Source: Candidatus Omnitrophota bacterium
GTDB taxonomy: Bacteria; Omnitrophota; Gorgyraeia; Duberdicusellales; 4484-171
Direction of reading: 5' to 3'
DNA length: 64,000 nucleotides
Assembly: GCA_024231025.1 (NCBI GenBank)
Contig: JAAEQW010000120.1
Span: 66,324-130,323 of the forward strand
Part shown: in pieces, positions 49,006-60,280 of the stretch
Layout of the letters: every line of letters begins with the position of its first letter
Position numbering within the stretch: position 1 is the stretch's first letter
The notes under the pieces: generated by a model
The model's database searches: none
What the model saw: the letters and a program-made list of their open reading frames with translations, nothing else
What the model was told of the DNA's origin: nothing
Program-made: the position numbers and the translations under genes

Positions 49006-49824
49006 TTATTCTTCTTGGGAAATCAATAGAACCGATGTAAGCGACTCTTTGAGCTTGTCTCCTGCGGAAAGATAATCTTCCTTATCTATATGCTTTAATG
49101 CCTGCTCGGCATTATCTTTAGCCTCTTCTTTGTTGACCATCTGCAAAGCCTTGCGATAGAAATCCTGAATTTGCATCGATAAATCGGGATCCGCTGGATT
49201 TAAAAAGCCTGCCGTTTCAAACTCTTTTATCGCAGCTTTGTGATCACCTCTTTTTAAAAATCCTACTCCCACTTCCAAATGTAATCTGGCTTCATCAATA
49301 GTCTTCAGCCTCTTTTGTTCACGATCATAAACAAGGTTCTGAGATAAGCTTGCAGCCTGACGCTCCAGCCGCTCTCTTCTCAACTGAGGATATGTTCCTA
49401 ATTTAAGTAGGTGCTGACGTGACACCTCCCACCAATAATCGCCCTCTTGGCCTAAATCATATCTCTTTTTCCAGTAGTGGCTGGCATTTAGTACATTGCC
49501 CCTCTTTTCATAAAGAAAAGCTAAGTTCGTATAAACCGGTAAGTAATTACTGTCAATTTCTAGAGCCCTTTTATATTCTAGGAGAGCATTATCGAAATCT
49601 CCCATATTTTCATAGATTACGCCCAAATCATTGTGAGCTTCCGCATATTGGGGATCCATTTCAATAGCTTTTTGATAATAAGCCATGGCTTCATCTGCAC
49701 TCCCCTTCATCTGGAGTTTATACCCAAGCTCGCGATACTCTCTGGATTGTTCGTTTGTGAGATCAGTCGCGCCAACGACAAAAACAGGCAACAAAACCAA
49801 AGTAATAATAAAAAAATATCTCAT
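49006..49824 (-). CDS. secreted TPR-repeat protein
   Basis: Signal peptide (FFIITLVLLPVFVVGA), then about 4 TPR units (AMAYYQKAIEMDPQYAEAHNDLGVIY...ALLEYKRALEIDSNY...). Confidence 0.6.
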   Translation of the reverse strand: MRYFFIITLVLLPVFVVGATDLTNEQSREYRELGYKLQMKGSADEAMAYYQKAIEMDPQYAEAHNDLGVIYENMGDFDNALLEYKRALEIDSNYLPVYTNLAFLYEKRGNVLNASHYWKKRYDLGQEGDYWWEVSRQHLLKLGTYPQLRRERLERQAASLSQNLVYDREQKRLKTIDEARLHLEVGVGFLKRGDHKAAIKEFETAGFLNPADPDLSMQIQDFYRKALQMVNKEEAKDNAEQALKHIDKEDYLSAGDKLKESLTSVLLISQEE

Positions 49825-50035
49825 TTTTTCTTGATAAATTTAGACAACTTATTGATGTTTGTTAGTTTACGCTATCTGGCAATTCGGCAACTGCCCAACC
49901 TGTGTCAATCTAGCATAAATCAACACCCCTGTCAAGAATATTCTGCAAATGGAGCAACGCAAATCCCGCCTGCTGCGCTTTTCATCCCCCGCCCAAAAGC
50001 CAGGACTTTATCGCAGCAAAATAACCTCGTTTTTA

Positions 50036-50896
50036 TTAATCTTTTTTCTTAATCGGCACTACTCCAGCAAGTTCACCAACTACATTAATTAATTCAGTGT
50101 CTGTTGGAATTACTACCTTTGCGTTGTCTTTTAACGCATTTTCAACCGTTTGAAGTTTTCTTAAAACTTGCGCATTCCCTATAAAGTATTTTTCTGCAGC
50201 TTCATTTACTAATTTTATTGCTTCAGATTCTCCTTGTGCCTGCAAAATTCTTGCTTGTTTAACCCCTTCGGCCTTTTTTATCTCTGACCTCTTTTCACCA
50301 TCGGCGGCAGTTTCCTGAGCTGTGGCATAGTCGACAGCGGCTATTTTTTCGTTTTCCGCCTTTACTACCTTATTCATTGTCTCTTGCACGTCTTTGGGCG
50401 GATCAATTTGCTTTAATTCTGTTCTGACGATCTCAATTCCCCAAGTAGTTGTTTCATCACGAAGGGTTTTATGTAACTCGAAATTGATTTTCCCTCTTTC
50501 GCTATTAGCAGACTTTAAAGTAAGGGTACCTATAATGTTTCTTAATGTAGTTCTTGCTAAATTCACAATTTGATGCTTGTAGACGTTAACGTGGTATTGT
50601 GAACTCTTTACACTTTCTTCGTCGGATTTTACCTTGAAGTAAACTTGAGCATCAACAGTGGCATTTAGGTTATCGTTGGTAATGATCTCCTGTGGTTCCG
50701 CATCAACCATTTGCTCAGTAACATTCACTATATACATCTTTTCAATGATCGGAATAATCCAATTAAATCCAAAATTAGCAAAACGACAATATTTACCTAG
50801 TCGTTCAATCAATCCTCGATGAGTCGGTCTTACAATTCTAATACCAAGAAAAAATATGAAAAGAATTACACCAATAATTAATTTTACTGAACCCAT
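50036..50896 (-). CDS. SPFH/band-7 domain protein (stomatin/HflC-like)
   Basis: N-terminal TM anchor, SPFH core (RIVRPTHRGLIERLGKY...), C-terminal coiled-coil with Ala/Glu/Gln-rich heptads. Confidence 0.75.
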   Translation of the reverse strand: MGSVKLIIGVILFIFFLGIRIVRPTHRGLIERLGKYCRFANFGFNWIIPIIEKMYIVNVTEQMVDAEPQEIITNDNLNATVDAQVYFKVKSDEESVKSSQYHVNVYKHQIVNLARTTLRNIIGTLTLKSANSERGKINFELHKTLRDETTTWGIEIVRTELKQIDPPKDVQETMNKVVKAENEKIAAVDYATAQETAADGEKRSEIKKAEGVKQARILQAQGESEAIKLVNEAAEKYFIGNAQVLRKLQTVENALKDNAKVVIPTDTELINVVGELAGVVPIKKKD

Positions 50897-50977
50897 AATA
50901 ACCTCCTTTTTGTAAATAAATTATAACATGTTTTGTTGATTTTTGTTATTTTTACTGATAAGACTTTAAGAGATTCG

Positions 50978-51310
50978 TTATTCAAATTTAATTATTGTTC
51001 CGACTATTTTTCGTGGGATTTCGGTTTTTCCCGCTGTTTCTTTATCGATAACAATCAGCGCATCCCCGCCCATTCTCGCCACTTCTCGCCGCAACGCATG
51101 ATAGGTTGGCTCTAAATTGCTGCTTACTCCTTTATAGGTAAGTTGACAAATTTCTTGATAATCCTCTAGCGGAGACTCTTGCAATATTTTTACTTGAAGT
51201 GGATCAGTAGGAGAAATAGACAAGCCCGAATAATCATCAATTGAAACACTTCCCCCAACACAGCCACACGCAAAAACAAATAATAAAAAAATCATTTTCA
51301 GTTTACTCAT
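50978..51310 (-). CDS. small predicted lipoprotein, function unknown
   Basis: Signal peptide with Cys-containing lipobox-like segment (LLFVFACGC). 110 aa. Overlaps the stop of the SBP gene by 8 nt. Confidence 0.35.
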   Translation of the reverse strand: MSKLKMIFLLFVFACGCVGGSVSIDDYSGLSISPTDPLQVKILQESPLEDYQEICQLTYKGVSSNLEPTYHALRREVARMGGDALIVIDKETAGKTEIPRKIVGTIIKFE

Positions 51311-53066
51311 GCTTTCCTCCTCTTATATAAATCCATTCCAATTCACCAAACGCTCCACCATATACCGTTGGATATAAATTCGCAAATTTATCTCTTATTG
51401 CGTATAGCGAATAGGGGATAGCCGTATAAATCAACGGTAACTCCCGAGCTACTATTTTCTGCCAAGTAAAAAATAGCTCCTTTCTCTTGCTCTCATCAAT
51501 AGTTTTAGCGCCAAGATTAAATATATCCTCTATTTCTTGTTCGAAAGGCATTATTGCTTTTTTTGTTGGGTTCCACATATGCAGATTTCCCTTATATGAC
51601 CATACATTTTTACCAAAATAAGGTTCGATCCCACCGGTTAAGCCAATCATAATTAGCTCCCAATCAAAAGTAGCAGTAAGCTTGCTGACTAAATTGTTAA
51701 AATCAAGCGGAAGAAAACTTATTTTCATACCAATGTCTTCTAAATCTTTTTTAACTAGCGTAGCAATTTGCACTCGTTGAGTATTATCCGCATTAGTAAA
51801 AAAATTAAGTTCTAGTTTTTTGCCTTGGCTATCTTCCAGCGTGCCGTCTTGATCGCGATCTCCAAAGCCAATCTCGGCTAAAAGCTGTTTGGCCTTATCG
51901 GGGCTGAACTTATGCTTTTTAACATCTTCGGTGTAGAAAAACTTATTTGCTGGACTTACCGAAGAAAACTGCCTAACGCCCAAATCATTCATAACTATCT
52001 TTATAATCTTATCCTTGTTGATCGCATGGGCTATCGCTTTTCTAAATTTTATATTTCCAAACCACTTTAACTTATAAGGCGAAACATATGGTTTTTTAGT
52101 GCGTGGATTTTCTAAATTATTTTGATTAAAAACTAAGAAATTTGAGCCAAAAGATGGACCGGCATTATAAATAGTGAATAAGTCTTTCTTGCATCGAGGA
52201 CCCAAAATAGCTAAATCTTGCGATCGTAACGAATAATAGTCGATTTCTCGATCAAGAAATTTAAGTAGCGCTGTATCGGAATTTTGCAGAATGATATAAA
52301 TTATTTCTTGCAGATAAGGTAACTGTGTTTGATTTTCATCTTTTTTCCAATAGTAAGGGTTTGGGGCGAAAACCACCCTCTCACCTGGAAGATATTGCTT
52401 TAAGCAGTACGGGCCTGTTCCAACGATATCTTTCAATTTGCTATCAAGCCCCATGCTAAAAGTAAATTTCTTATCTTTTGCTATTTTATGATACTTATGC
52501 CTCGGCAGTATCTCATGACTCAACGCTCGTAGAAAAGGAGCAAAAACGCAAGGCAGGGTGAATTTGACCGTATAATCATCAACCCTCTCTACTGTTATTT
52601 TTTTACCCTCAATTGTAAAAATATCCCGGCTTGATGTAGGAATATCGCTATTATAAATTAATTCATTAAACGTAAAAACAACATCATCAGCTTTAAATTT
52701 TTCCCCATCGTTAAAAAAAACATCTTCTCTTAAATAGAAAATCCAAACCTTGCCATCTTCAGTTTCCCAACTCTTAGCTAAATTAGGTACTACTTCTAAA
52801 GTTAACGGATGCGTCCGTGTAAGGCCCTCAAAAATTAAAGATGTAATTTGTGTAGTTGAAGTCTCATTAGCAACAATTGGGTTGAAGGATTTAGGGTCAG
52901 ATGTGGCTGGAATAACTAATCTTCCGCCCTTATGACCAGACTCTAATTTATACTCTTTGAAAGGTTTCTGAAATACAGACTCAGCTGTAACTGAAGATTG
53001 CAAAAACAATACCGCAATTATGGCAAGTAGAGGGCTATTCTTTCTCATCCGTTGACGAGGCCTCAC
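51303..53066 (-). CDS. ABC transporter substrate-binding protein, family 5 (oligopeptide/dipeptide OppA/DppA-like)
   Basis: Signal peptide, SBP_bac_5 features (size 587 aa). No cognate permease/ATPase genes adjacent. Confidence 0.7.
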   Translation of the reverse strand: MRPRQRMRKNSPLLAIIAVLFLQSSVTAESVFQKPFKEYKLESGHKGGRLVIPATSDPKSFNPIVANETSTTQITSLIFEGLTRTHPLTLEVVPNLAKSWETEDGKVWIFYLREDVFFNDGEKFKADDVVFTFNELIYNSDIPTSSRDIFTIEGKKITVERVDDYTVKFTLPCVFAPFLRALSHEILPRHKYHKIAKDKKFTFSMGLDSKLKDIVGTGPYCLKQYLPGERVVFAPNPYYWKKDENQTQLPYLQEIIYIILQNSDTALLKFLDREIDYYSLRSQDLAILGPRCKKDLFTIYNAGPSFGSNFLVFNQNNLENPRTKKPYVSPYKLKWFGNIKFRKAIAHAINKDKIIKIVMNDLGVRQFSSVSPANKFFYTEDVKKHKFSPDKAKQLLAEIGFGDRDQDGTLEDSQGKKLELNFFTNADNTQRVQIATLVKKDLEDIGMKISFLPLDFNNLVSKLTATFDWELIMIGLTGGIEPYFGKNVWSYKGNLHMWNPTKKAIMPFEQEIEDIFNLGAKTIDESKRKELFFTWQKIVARELPLIYTAIPYSLYAIRDKFANLYPTVYGGAFGELEWIYIRGGKHE

Positions 53067-53346
53067 CTTGAATTGGAGCCTCCTGCGCAGGGGTATCCTT
53101 GTACTTTTCTAATAGTGATTTGCCCCGCTGCTTAGAGATATAGGCCAAAGATATTGACGTTGTAAAAAAAGCAACAACTAATCCTACCGTTACTCTTACT
53201 AAAAGGGCGCTAGTTTTAGTTCCAAATATAGATTCCACTCCGCCTAGGGCTTCAACCAAACCACCGCTTCTTCCTCTCTGAATCAGAATCGCTCCAATCA
53301 AAGAGATTACTACTATGACATGCAACACTAACATAAAATTATACAT
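53035..53346 (-). CDS. secG: preprotein translocase subunit SecG
   Basis: LVLHVIVVISLIGAILIQRGRSGGL (SecG TM1 + conserved G-rich loop), second TM, about 100 aa. Confidence 0.8.
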   Translation of the reverse strand: MYNFMLVLHVIVVISLIGAILIQRGRSGGLVEALGGVESIFGTKTSALLVRVTVGLVVAFFTTSISLAYISKQRGKSLLEKYKDTPAQEAPIQGEASSTDEKE

Positions 53347-53357
53347 ATTTTTCCTCC

Positions 53358-54113
53358 TTAAACGGCATTTTTGGCGATCTGAGCAAAAGAATCTTCTTTT
53401 AAGGACGCACCACCAACTAACGCACCGTCAATGTCAGCTTGGCCCATCAATTCCTTAGAATTTTCGGGTTTTACACTTCCGCCGTAAAGTATGCGTAGGT
53501 TCTCCGATATTAAAGTGCTAAATTTTTCTTTGATCCATCCACGAATAAAAGCGTGTATTTCTTGAGCCTGATCTGGTGTCGCAGTTTTGCCAGTTCCAAT
53601 CGCCCAAACTGGTTCATAGGCAATAATTGAGTTGGCCATATCCTCATTAGAAAGCCCTTCTAGGCCACCAGTTAATTGCTCTTCGATAATCGCCTTGGTT
53701 TTGTCTGCTTCTCGTTCTTGCAAAGTCTCACCAACACAAATTATCGGGTTGAGCCCAATGCCTAAAGCCGCTTTAATTCTTTTATTCACCGTCTCATTAG
53801 TTTCGTTAAAATATTTTCTTCTTTCGGAATGACCAATAATTACATATTCGCAGCCGCAAGCCTTGATCATCACCGGTGATATTTCTCCAGTGTAAGCGCC
53901 CTCGCTTTCCCAAAATAAATTCTGCGCGCCAAGTTTTATGGGGGTGTCTTCAACAATCGAATAAACTGTATTTAAGGCCGTAAAAGTCGGGCAAATAACA
54001 ATATCCGCCTCGATAAAAGTTGCCAACTCTTTTTTTAACTCCTCGGCAAGCATGCTGGCCTCACCAATGGTTTTGTACATTTTCCAATTTCCGGCAATCA
54101 TTATTTTTCTCAT
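53358..54113 (-). CDS. tpiA: triosephosphate isomerase
   Basis: IAGNWKMYKT, catalytic AYEPVWAIGTGKTAT, GGASLK. secG immediately downstream, the conserved tpiA-secG pairing. Confidence 0.9.
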   Translation of the reverse strand: MRKIMIAGNWKMYKTIGEASMLAEELKKELATFIEADIVICPTFTALNTVYSIVEDTPIKLGAQNLFWESEGAYTGEISPVMIKACGCEYVIIGHSERRKYFNETNETVNKRIKAALGIGLNPIICVGETLQEREADKTKAIIEEQLTGGLEGLSNEDMANSIIAYEPVWAIGTGKTATPDQAQEIHAFIRGWIKEKFSTLISENLRILYGGSVKPENSKELMGQADIDGALVGGASLKEDSFAQIAKNAV

Positions 54114-54126
54114 TTTTTTCCTTTCC

Positions 54127-55305
54127 TTATTTGTTTGGCACTGCCGCTATTGCAGGAAGTGTTTTGCCTTCTAAGAATTCCAGCGATGCTCCACCTCCGG
54201 TAGAAACATGCGCAAGCTTACCGGCTACACCAAATTCCTTGGCTGCCGCGGCTGAATCTCCGCCACCAACAATAACTGTGGCACTCTCTAAGTCGGCTAA
54301 CATTGAAGCAATTTCTTTTGTGCCTTCACAGTAGTGTGGATTTTCAAATATACCCAGAGGACCGTTCCAAAGGACGGTTTTAGCTCCCTCTAACTCTTGT
54401 TTGAAATAATTAACTGTCTTTGGGCCAATATCAACGGCAATATCCCCGCCGATCAACTTTTCGGTGAATCTTTTAGTTTCAGGCTTATCTATAGCGCTAA
54501 CCACTAAATGATCCACTGGTAATAAAATTTTTATACCCAAGCAATTAGCCTTTTCTAAAATTTCTTTTGCTAAGCTTACCTTATCCTCTTCGACTCGCGA
54601 ACTGCCTGTGCCTTCACCTTTAGCCCTTAAAAAGGTATACGCCATCGCCCCACCAATAATAAGCGTATTGGCCCGCTCCATAAGGTTACTTATGACTGTA
54701 ATCTTATCGCTCACCTTAGCACCGCCTAAGATAACAACATACGGTTTTTCGGGAGTAAGCGCACAAGACAACGATTTAATTTCTTTATCTACCAAAAATC
54801 CCAAACACGCTGGCAAAAATTTTGCAATAATTGTTGTCGATGCGTGAGCGCGATGGGCAGTTCCAAAAGCATCGTTTACAAAAATATCTGCCAATGACGC
54901 AAGCTCTCTGGCAAACGCTTCATCGCCTTTAGTCTCTTGGGGGTGAAAACGTAAATTCTCAAGTAAAATTACTCGCTTATCGCTTGCCTCTACCGCATCT
55001 TTTACTTTTTTACCAACGCAATCGTCTAGCTTCTCCACTTCTCTTCCTAAGAGCCTAGCCAATTCTTTGGCTACTGGATCCATACGAAGACTGTCGACAA
55101 CAACACCCTTGGGGCGCCCCAAATGACTCATCAAAATCACCTTACTGGCGCCATGATTTAAAATATACTGAATAGTCGGCATCGCCGCCTTTATTCGCGC
55201 TTCGTCATTAACCGAACCACTATCATCTAACGGGACATTAAAATCAACACGAACAATTACTTTTTTATCAACTAGATCTAAATCTTTAATTGTTTTTTTA
55301 TTCAT
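54127..55305 (-). CDS. pgk: phosphoglycerate kinase
   Basis: VRVDFNVP, hinge and C-terminal GGGASLEFLEGKTLPAI. Start moved from ORF-track 55329 to the internal ATG (MNKKTIKDL) preceded by GGGAG RBS. Confidence 0.9.
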   Translation of the reverse strand: MNKKTIKDLDLVDKKVIVRVDFNVPLDDSGSVNDEARIKAAMPTIQYILNHGASKVILMSHLGRPKGVVVDSLRMDPVAKELARLLGREVEKLDDCVGKKVKDAVEASDKRVILLENLRFHPQETKGDEAFARELASLADIFVNDAFGTAHRAHASTTIIAKFLPACLGFLVDKEIKSLSCALTPEKPYVVILGGAKVSDKITVISNLMERANTLIIGGAMAYTFLRAKGEGTGSSRVEEDKVSLAKEILEKANCLGIKILLPVDHLVVSAIDKPETKRFTEKLIGGDIAVDIGPKTVNYFKQELEGAKTVLWNGPLGIFENPHYCEGTKEIASMLADLESATVIVGGGDSAAAAKEFGVAGKLAHVSTGGGASLEFLEGKTLPAIAAVPNK

Positions 55306-55330
55306 TACAACTCCCGCTAAGCCAACCATT

Positions 55331-55444
55331 TAGCTAAAACCGTAAAGCTAAAAGCGTAAAACCATAATTCAAAAATTAAAATTTTTCCGGATAATTTCAA
55401 ATTTTACGCTATGGTTTTACGTTTTGCGTTTTTAGTTTTTAGTT
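55331..55444. repeat. MITE-like inverted-repeat element, copy B (minimal form, ~114 bp) filling the gap-pgk intergenic space
   Basis: Left arm gctaaaaccgtaaagctaaaagcgtaaaaccata and right arm tacgctatggttttacgttttgcgtttttagtttttag are imperfect inverted repeats of one another and match copy A and the four-helix-bundle element termini. Confidence 0.65.
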
Positions 55445-55447
55445 ATT

Positions 55448-56482
<1,035 letters not shown>

Positions 56483-56590
56483 TTATTAATGATCGTTCCC
56501 TAAATTCTATTGGCACTGAGGGTGTCCGCCCCAAAGTGCCTTAAAAATCTTTATATACCTAAATATGTTTACTCTCTCATTTGGAGAGTT

Positions 56591-56618
56591 ATTATAGCAA
56601 TCGAATTGTAAATTGCAA
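56591..56618 (-). promoter_or_regulatory. candidate sigma70 promoter for gap-pgk-tpiA-secG (-35 TTGCAA 56618..56613, 16-nt spacer, -10 TATAAT 56596..56591)
   Basis: Perfect -10 hexamer with good -35/spacing about 130 nt upstream of the gap ATG. A GC stem-loop (56512..56540) lies in the predicted 5' UTR. Confidence 0.45.
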
Positions 56619-56634
56619 GAAAATTATCAATCGC

Positions 56635-57816
56635 TTAAAGGGGTTTAATTTTTAAGAATTTCCGCTTGCCAATCTTTAAAATCAATCCTGATTTTGGTAC
56701 TTCTAGGTACTGACTTTTTATTGTTAAAGGGGTCTCGGCAACTATTGAAATTGCTCCTTGGTTTAAGAGCCGGCGTGCTTCATTTTTAGAAGAAGCCATT
56801 TTGTTCTGATAAATAATGCTTATGACGTCTATTTCTTTTGATGCTTTTACCGTCAGTATATCCTTCGGTAACTCTTTTTGAGAAAAAACACGCTGGAATT
56901 CTTCTCTCTCTTTTTCAGCAGATTTCTGACAATGGTAAAAAGATGTAATCGTTACCGCCAAAAGAAGCTTCGCTTCTTTAGGATGCATTGCTTTTGCTTT
57001 TTCTAAATCATGATCGGTTAGAAGCCTGAAATACTCCCACATTGCCTCATCGGAAATGCTCATAATTTTACCAAACATATCTTTTGAGCTATCGTTAACG
57101 CCAACATAATTATTGAGCGATTTAGACATTTTTTCCTTTCCGTCTAGCCCAACTAAAATTGGCATTGTTACAACTACCTGAGGCAACTGTTTGAAATTTT
57201 CCTGCAAATGCCTCCCCACAATAAGATTAAACTTTTGATCAGTTCCTCCAAATTCAATATCTGCCTCCAACATCACTGAATCATAACCCTGCACCAATGG
57301 ATAAACAACTTCAAGCATTGTAAGCGGCTTATTTTCTTTCATTCTTTTAGAAAAATCATCACGCTCCAAAATCCGCGCCATAGTGTAAGAAGAAAGAAGC
57401 GACAAAAATTTTGACAGATCCATCTTCTTAAACCACGCACTATTGTAAATTACTTTTGTTTTCTTTTTATCAAGAATTTTGAAGGCTTGTGACGTGTAAG
57501 TGAGCGCGTTGCTTTTGATTTCTTTATCGCTTAAAATCGGACGCAATGTGCTTTTACCGGATGGATCACCAATTTTAGCGGTAAAATCCCCAATAACAAG
57601 GCACACGGTATGGCCTAAATCCTGTAATTTACGAAGCTTACGTAAAAGCACAGTATGACCCAAATGAATATCACGTGCCGTGGGATCAAAGCCAATTTTT
57701 AAATTAAGTGATTTTTTAGATTGCAGCTTTAGTGTGAGCTCTTCTTCTGAAATTAAGTCGATAGCGTTTTTCTTTATCGCCGCCAAATGCAGCTTTAGAT
57801 CTTTTTTCACTGACAA
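56635..57816 (-). CDS. tyrS: tyrosine--tRNA ligase
   Basis: HIGH-type motif DIHLGHTV, KMSKS motif present, C-terminal S4-like domain. 393 aa. Confidence 0.9.
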   Translation of the reverse strand: MSVKKDLKLHLAAIKKNAIDLISEEELTLKLQSKKSLNLKIGFDPTARDIHLGHTVLLRKLRKLQDLGHTVCLVIGDFTAKIGDPSGKSTLRPILSDKEIKSNALTYTSQAFKILDKKKTKVIYNSAWFKKMDLSKFLSLLSSYTMARILERDDFSKRMKENKPLTMLEVVYPLVQGYDSVMLEADIEFGGTDQKFNLIVGRHLQENFKQLPQVVVTMPILVGLDGKEKMSKSLNNYVGVNDSSKDMFGKIMSISDEAMWEYFRLLTDHDLEKAKAMHPKEAKLLLAVTITSFYHCQKSAEKEREEFQRVFSQKELPKDILTVKASKEIDVISIIYQNKMASSKNEARRLLNQGAISIVAETPLTIKSQYLEVPKSGLILKIGKRKFLKIKPL

Positions 57817-57922
57817 ACCCTCAGATTATGAAATCTTCTCGCTTCTTGTGCGGTTTTAAAGACAGTCTGGTGCTGATCAAGCAATTGAGTAAAGATTTCT
57901 ATGTGTGCGGGAAAATTTCTGA

Positions 57923-59491
57923 TTATTCTTCGGCAATCTCAATTGGCTCATCTATTCTAGAAGAAAGGCCAATCTTGGCTGAACCAGAATCAATCTTAAT
58001 TATTTTAACCGTAATTTTGTCTTGCGGCTTAAGATTGTCCATGACATCTTTTTCGATCTCACCTGAAAAAACTAATCCTTCCAAATCGTCGTCAATTTTA
58101 ACGAACACTCCAAAATTGGTAACTTTAACAACAATGCCATCTAACACCGTACCAATAGGAAATTTTTCCACAATTGCCGGCCATGGATCATCTTGCAACT
58201 GCTTAATGCCCAAAATAATCCTTCGACTAGCTCTATCTACTCCTAAAACTTTAAAGGAATTTGTTTGCCCGCGCTTAAGCACTTCTTGCGAACGAACGAT
58301 GCGCTTGGTCCAGGAAATATCTTCGTTAAAAATCACCCCTTCAAGTCCGTTTTCGAGTTCCATGTAAACGCAGCCTTCCCCATAACTCGCAACCTTACCA
58401 TTTACTTGAGAATCAACTGTAATCATATTTTCAATATCATCCCAAGGATCTTTTTCGGTCTGTTTAACGCTTAAAGAGATTTTGCGCTCTCCTGGATCTA
58501 CGCCAATGATTTTAATTTCAACTGCATCCCCAATAGCAAATGATTCATGCAAGTTAATAAATCGTTTGGTCCAGGAAACTTCGCTAATATGGATCAAGCC
58601 TTCGATGCCCTTTTCCAGCTCAACAAAAATACCATAATTCTGGATATTTGTTATTCTGCCCTTTATCATCGAATTAACTTTGTACTTCTTGTCGATTTCT
58701 TTCCATGGATCAGGTGTAGTTTGTTTTAACCCCAGAGATATTTTGCCTTTTTCCTTTTCAAAGCCCAAGACGATTACATTTATTTCATCGCCAGCAGCAA
58801 CAATTTCTGAAGGGTGAGTAATTTTTTTCCAACTCATGTCAGCAATATGAAGCAATCCGTCAACCCCTCCTAAATCAACAAAGGCGCCAAAGTTAGTAAT
58901 GCTTTTCACCTTACCCAATATAATTTTACCTTCTTCCATTTCTTCCCAAATTTTCTTGCGAGATGCTTCTCTTCCAATGCGAAGAGCATCTTTGCGAGAA
59001 ATAATAAAGTTTTCTTTTGCTCTGCTCATTTTAACAATTTGAAAACCAAAAGTTTTACCCATTACCTCTTCTGTAGCCATATTTTTAAATGATGATAAGC
59101 TTTGAGGCAAAAATCCTTCTACCCCGAAAACATCCACCATGTAACCACCCTTAACTTTTCTTGTTACAAAACCTTCTACGAGATCACCTTCGTTGTAATT
59201 ATCAGCTAAGGTACGCCAACCTTTTGTTTCGCGCGCCTTCCTGAAAGATAAAACTACTCTACCGTCTTCATCTTCAACATTTTCAACGAAAACCTCAATT
59301 TCACCAAGATCATCAACGTCCACCCCTTCAAACTCGGAACGCAAAATGATCCCTTCTGATTTGTAGCCAACGTCAACAATAACCTCACGAGAGGTAACAG
59401 CTACAACCTCACCCTTGACGATTTCCCCCTCGCTTAACTCCTTTATCGAGTCAAAATACGCGCTCTCTAATTCTGTTAATTCTTTTTCCAT
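57923..59491 (-). CDS. rpsA: 30S ribosomal protein S1
   Basis: Multiple tandem S1 OB-fold repeats (GxV..i..fGaFV.l...egLlHiSe...). 522 aa. Strong RBS AAGGAGGA. Confidence 0.85.
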   Translation of the reverse strand: MEKELTELESAYFDSIKELSEGEIVKGEVVAVTSREVIVDVGYKSEGIILRSEFEGVDVDDLGEIEVFVENVEDEDGRVVLSFRKARETKGWRTLADNYNEGDLVEGFVTRKVKGGYMVDVFGVEGFLPQSLSSFKNMATEEVMGKTFGFQIVKMSRAKENFIISRKDALRIGREASRKKIWEEMEEGKIILGKVKSITNFGAFVDLGGVDGLLHIADMSWKKITHPSEIVAAGDEINVIVLGFEKEKGKISLGLKQTTPDPWKEIDKKYKVNSMIKGRITNIQNYGIFVELEKGIEGLIHISEVSWTKRFINLHESFAIGDAVEIKIIGVDPGERKISLSVKQTEKDPWDDIENMITVDSQVNGKVASYGEGCVYMELENGLEGVIFNEDISWTKRIVRSQEVLKRGQTNSFKVLGVDRASRRIILGIKQLQDDPWPAIVEKFPIGTVLDGIVVKVTNFGVFVKIDDDLEGLVFSGEIEKDVMDNLKPQDKITVKIIKIDSGSAKIGLSSRIDEPIEIAEE

Positions 59492-59558
59492 ATCTTCTAC
59501 TTTTCCTCCTTAAATTCCCACGGCTTGAGTCTAGCTCTCCATGGGAAAAATTTCTACA

Positions 59559-59587
59559 ATTATCTCTTAAAGGCCCCCGCTTGTCAA
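59559..59587 (-). promoter_or_regulatory. candidate sigma70 promoter for rpsA (-35 TTGACA 59587..59582, 17-nt spacer, -10 GATAAT 59564..59559)
   Basis: Consensus -35 and spacing about 65 nt upstream of the rpsA ATG. Confidence 0.45.
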
Positions 59588-59710
59588 CAATAAAAACTTC
59601 TGATTGACAATAACGTGAGGGCGCATTGCATGTGCCCTTAATTTTGTAGGTGCGAGAGCTCTTTCGTCCTATGGAGATAAAGGGCTCAAGCTATCTCCTT
59701 TTCCTATGGT

Positions 59711-60280
59711 TTAAAGGCTTTTTATTTTTTCCATTACCCTTTTGGCAATCTCCTCATAAGTGTCTTTAGAGGTGTAATCTACCTTATCGGTTATGACTCT
59801 CAATTTGGCAATTTTAGGAAATTTTGCGCCTTTAGGAAGGATTTTGTCGCTACCATAGATTTTAGCCACCATAATCGGAACTTTAGCCTTTTTGCACAAA
59901 AATCCAACTCCAGGATTGATTTGATCAAGGCTCGCTCCACGAGTTCCTTGAGGAAAAACTACAACTGGGTATTTTTTAAGAATTTTTAAGGCATTTCGCA
60001 TGCCGGCAATATCACTTTCACCTCTTTTCACAGGAAATGTCCCATAAGCTTTCACAGCAAAGGCCAGAAGCTTGTTTTTAAACAACTCTTCTTTACCAAA
60101 GAAACATAGTCGACGTGGAGAAGCAATAGAAAGGATTGCCGGATCAAAATAACTTAAGTGGTTAGACGCAAAAACAAAAGGTTGGCCTTTCGCAGGAAAT
60201 TGAGCCCTGCGTTCTATTTTAATCTGAAAAAGTATCTTAAAACTTATCCAAATTAAAGTTCGGGTAATGCTATAGTGCAT
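59711..60280 (-). CDS. plsC: 1-acyl-sn-glycerol-3-phosphate acyltransferase
   Basis: HxxxxD motif FASNHLSYFDP, FPQGTR (block III), VPI block. 189 aa. Confidence 0.75.
   Translation of the reverse strand: MHYSITRTLIWISFKILFQIKIERRAQFPAKGQPFVFASNHLSYFDPAILSIASPRRLCFFGKEELFKNKLLAFAVKAYGTFPVKRGESDIAGMRNALKILKKYPVVVFPQGTRGASLDQINPGVGFLCKKAKVPIMVAKIYGSDKILPKGAKFPKIAKLRVITDKVDYTSKDTYEEIAKRVMEKIKSL

Noticed and set aside
49825-50035. GC-richer 210-bp spacer between SPFH and TPR genes as a possible 6S-like or other sRNA
   Set aside because: Contains a plausible promoter (TTGACA-17-TAGATT) for the TPR gene but no convincing extended secondary structure or known ncRNA signature. Most simply a promoter/UTR region.
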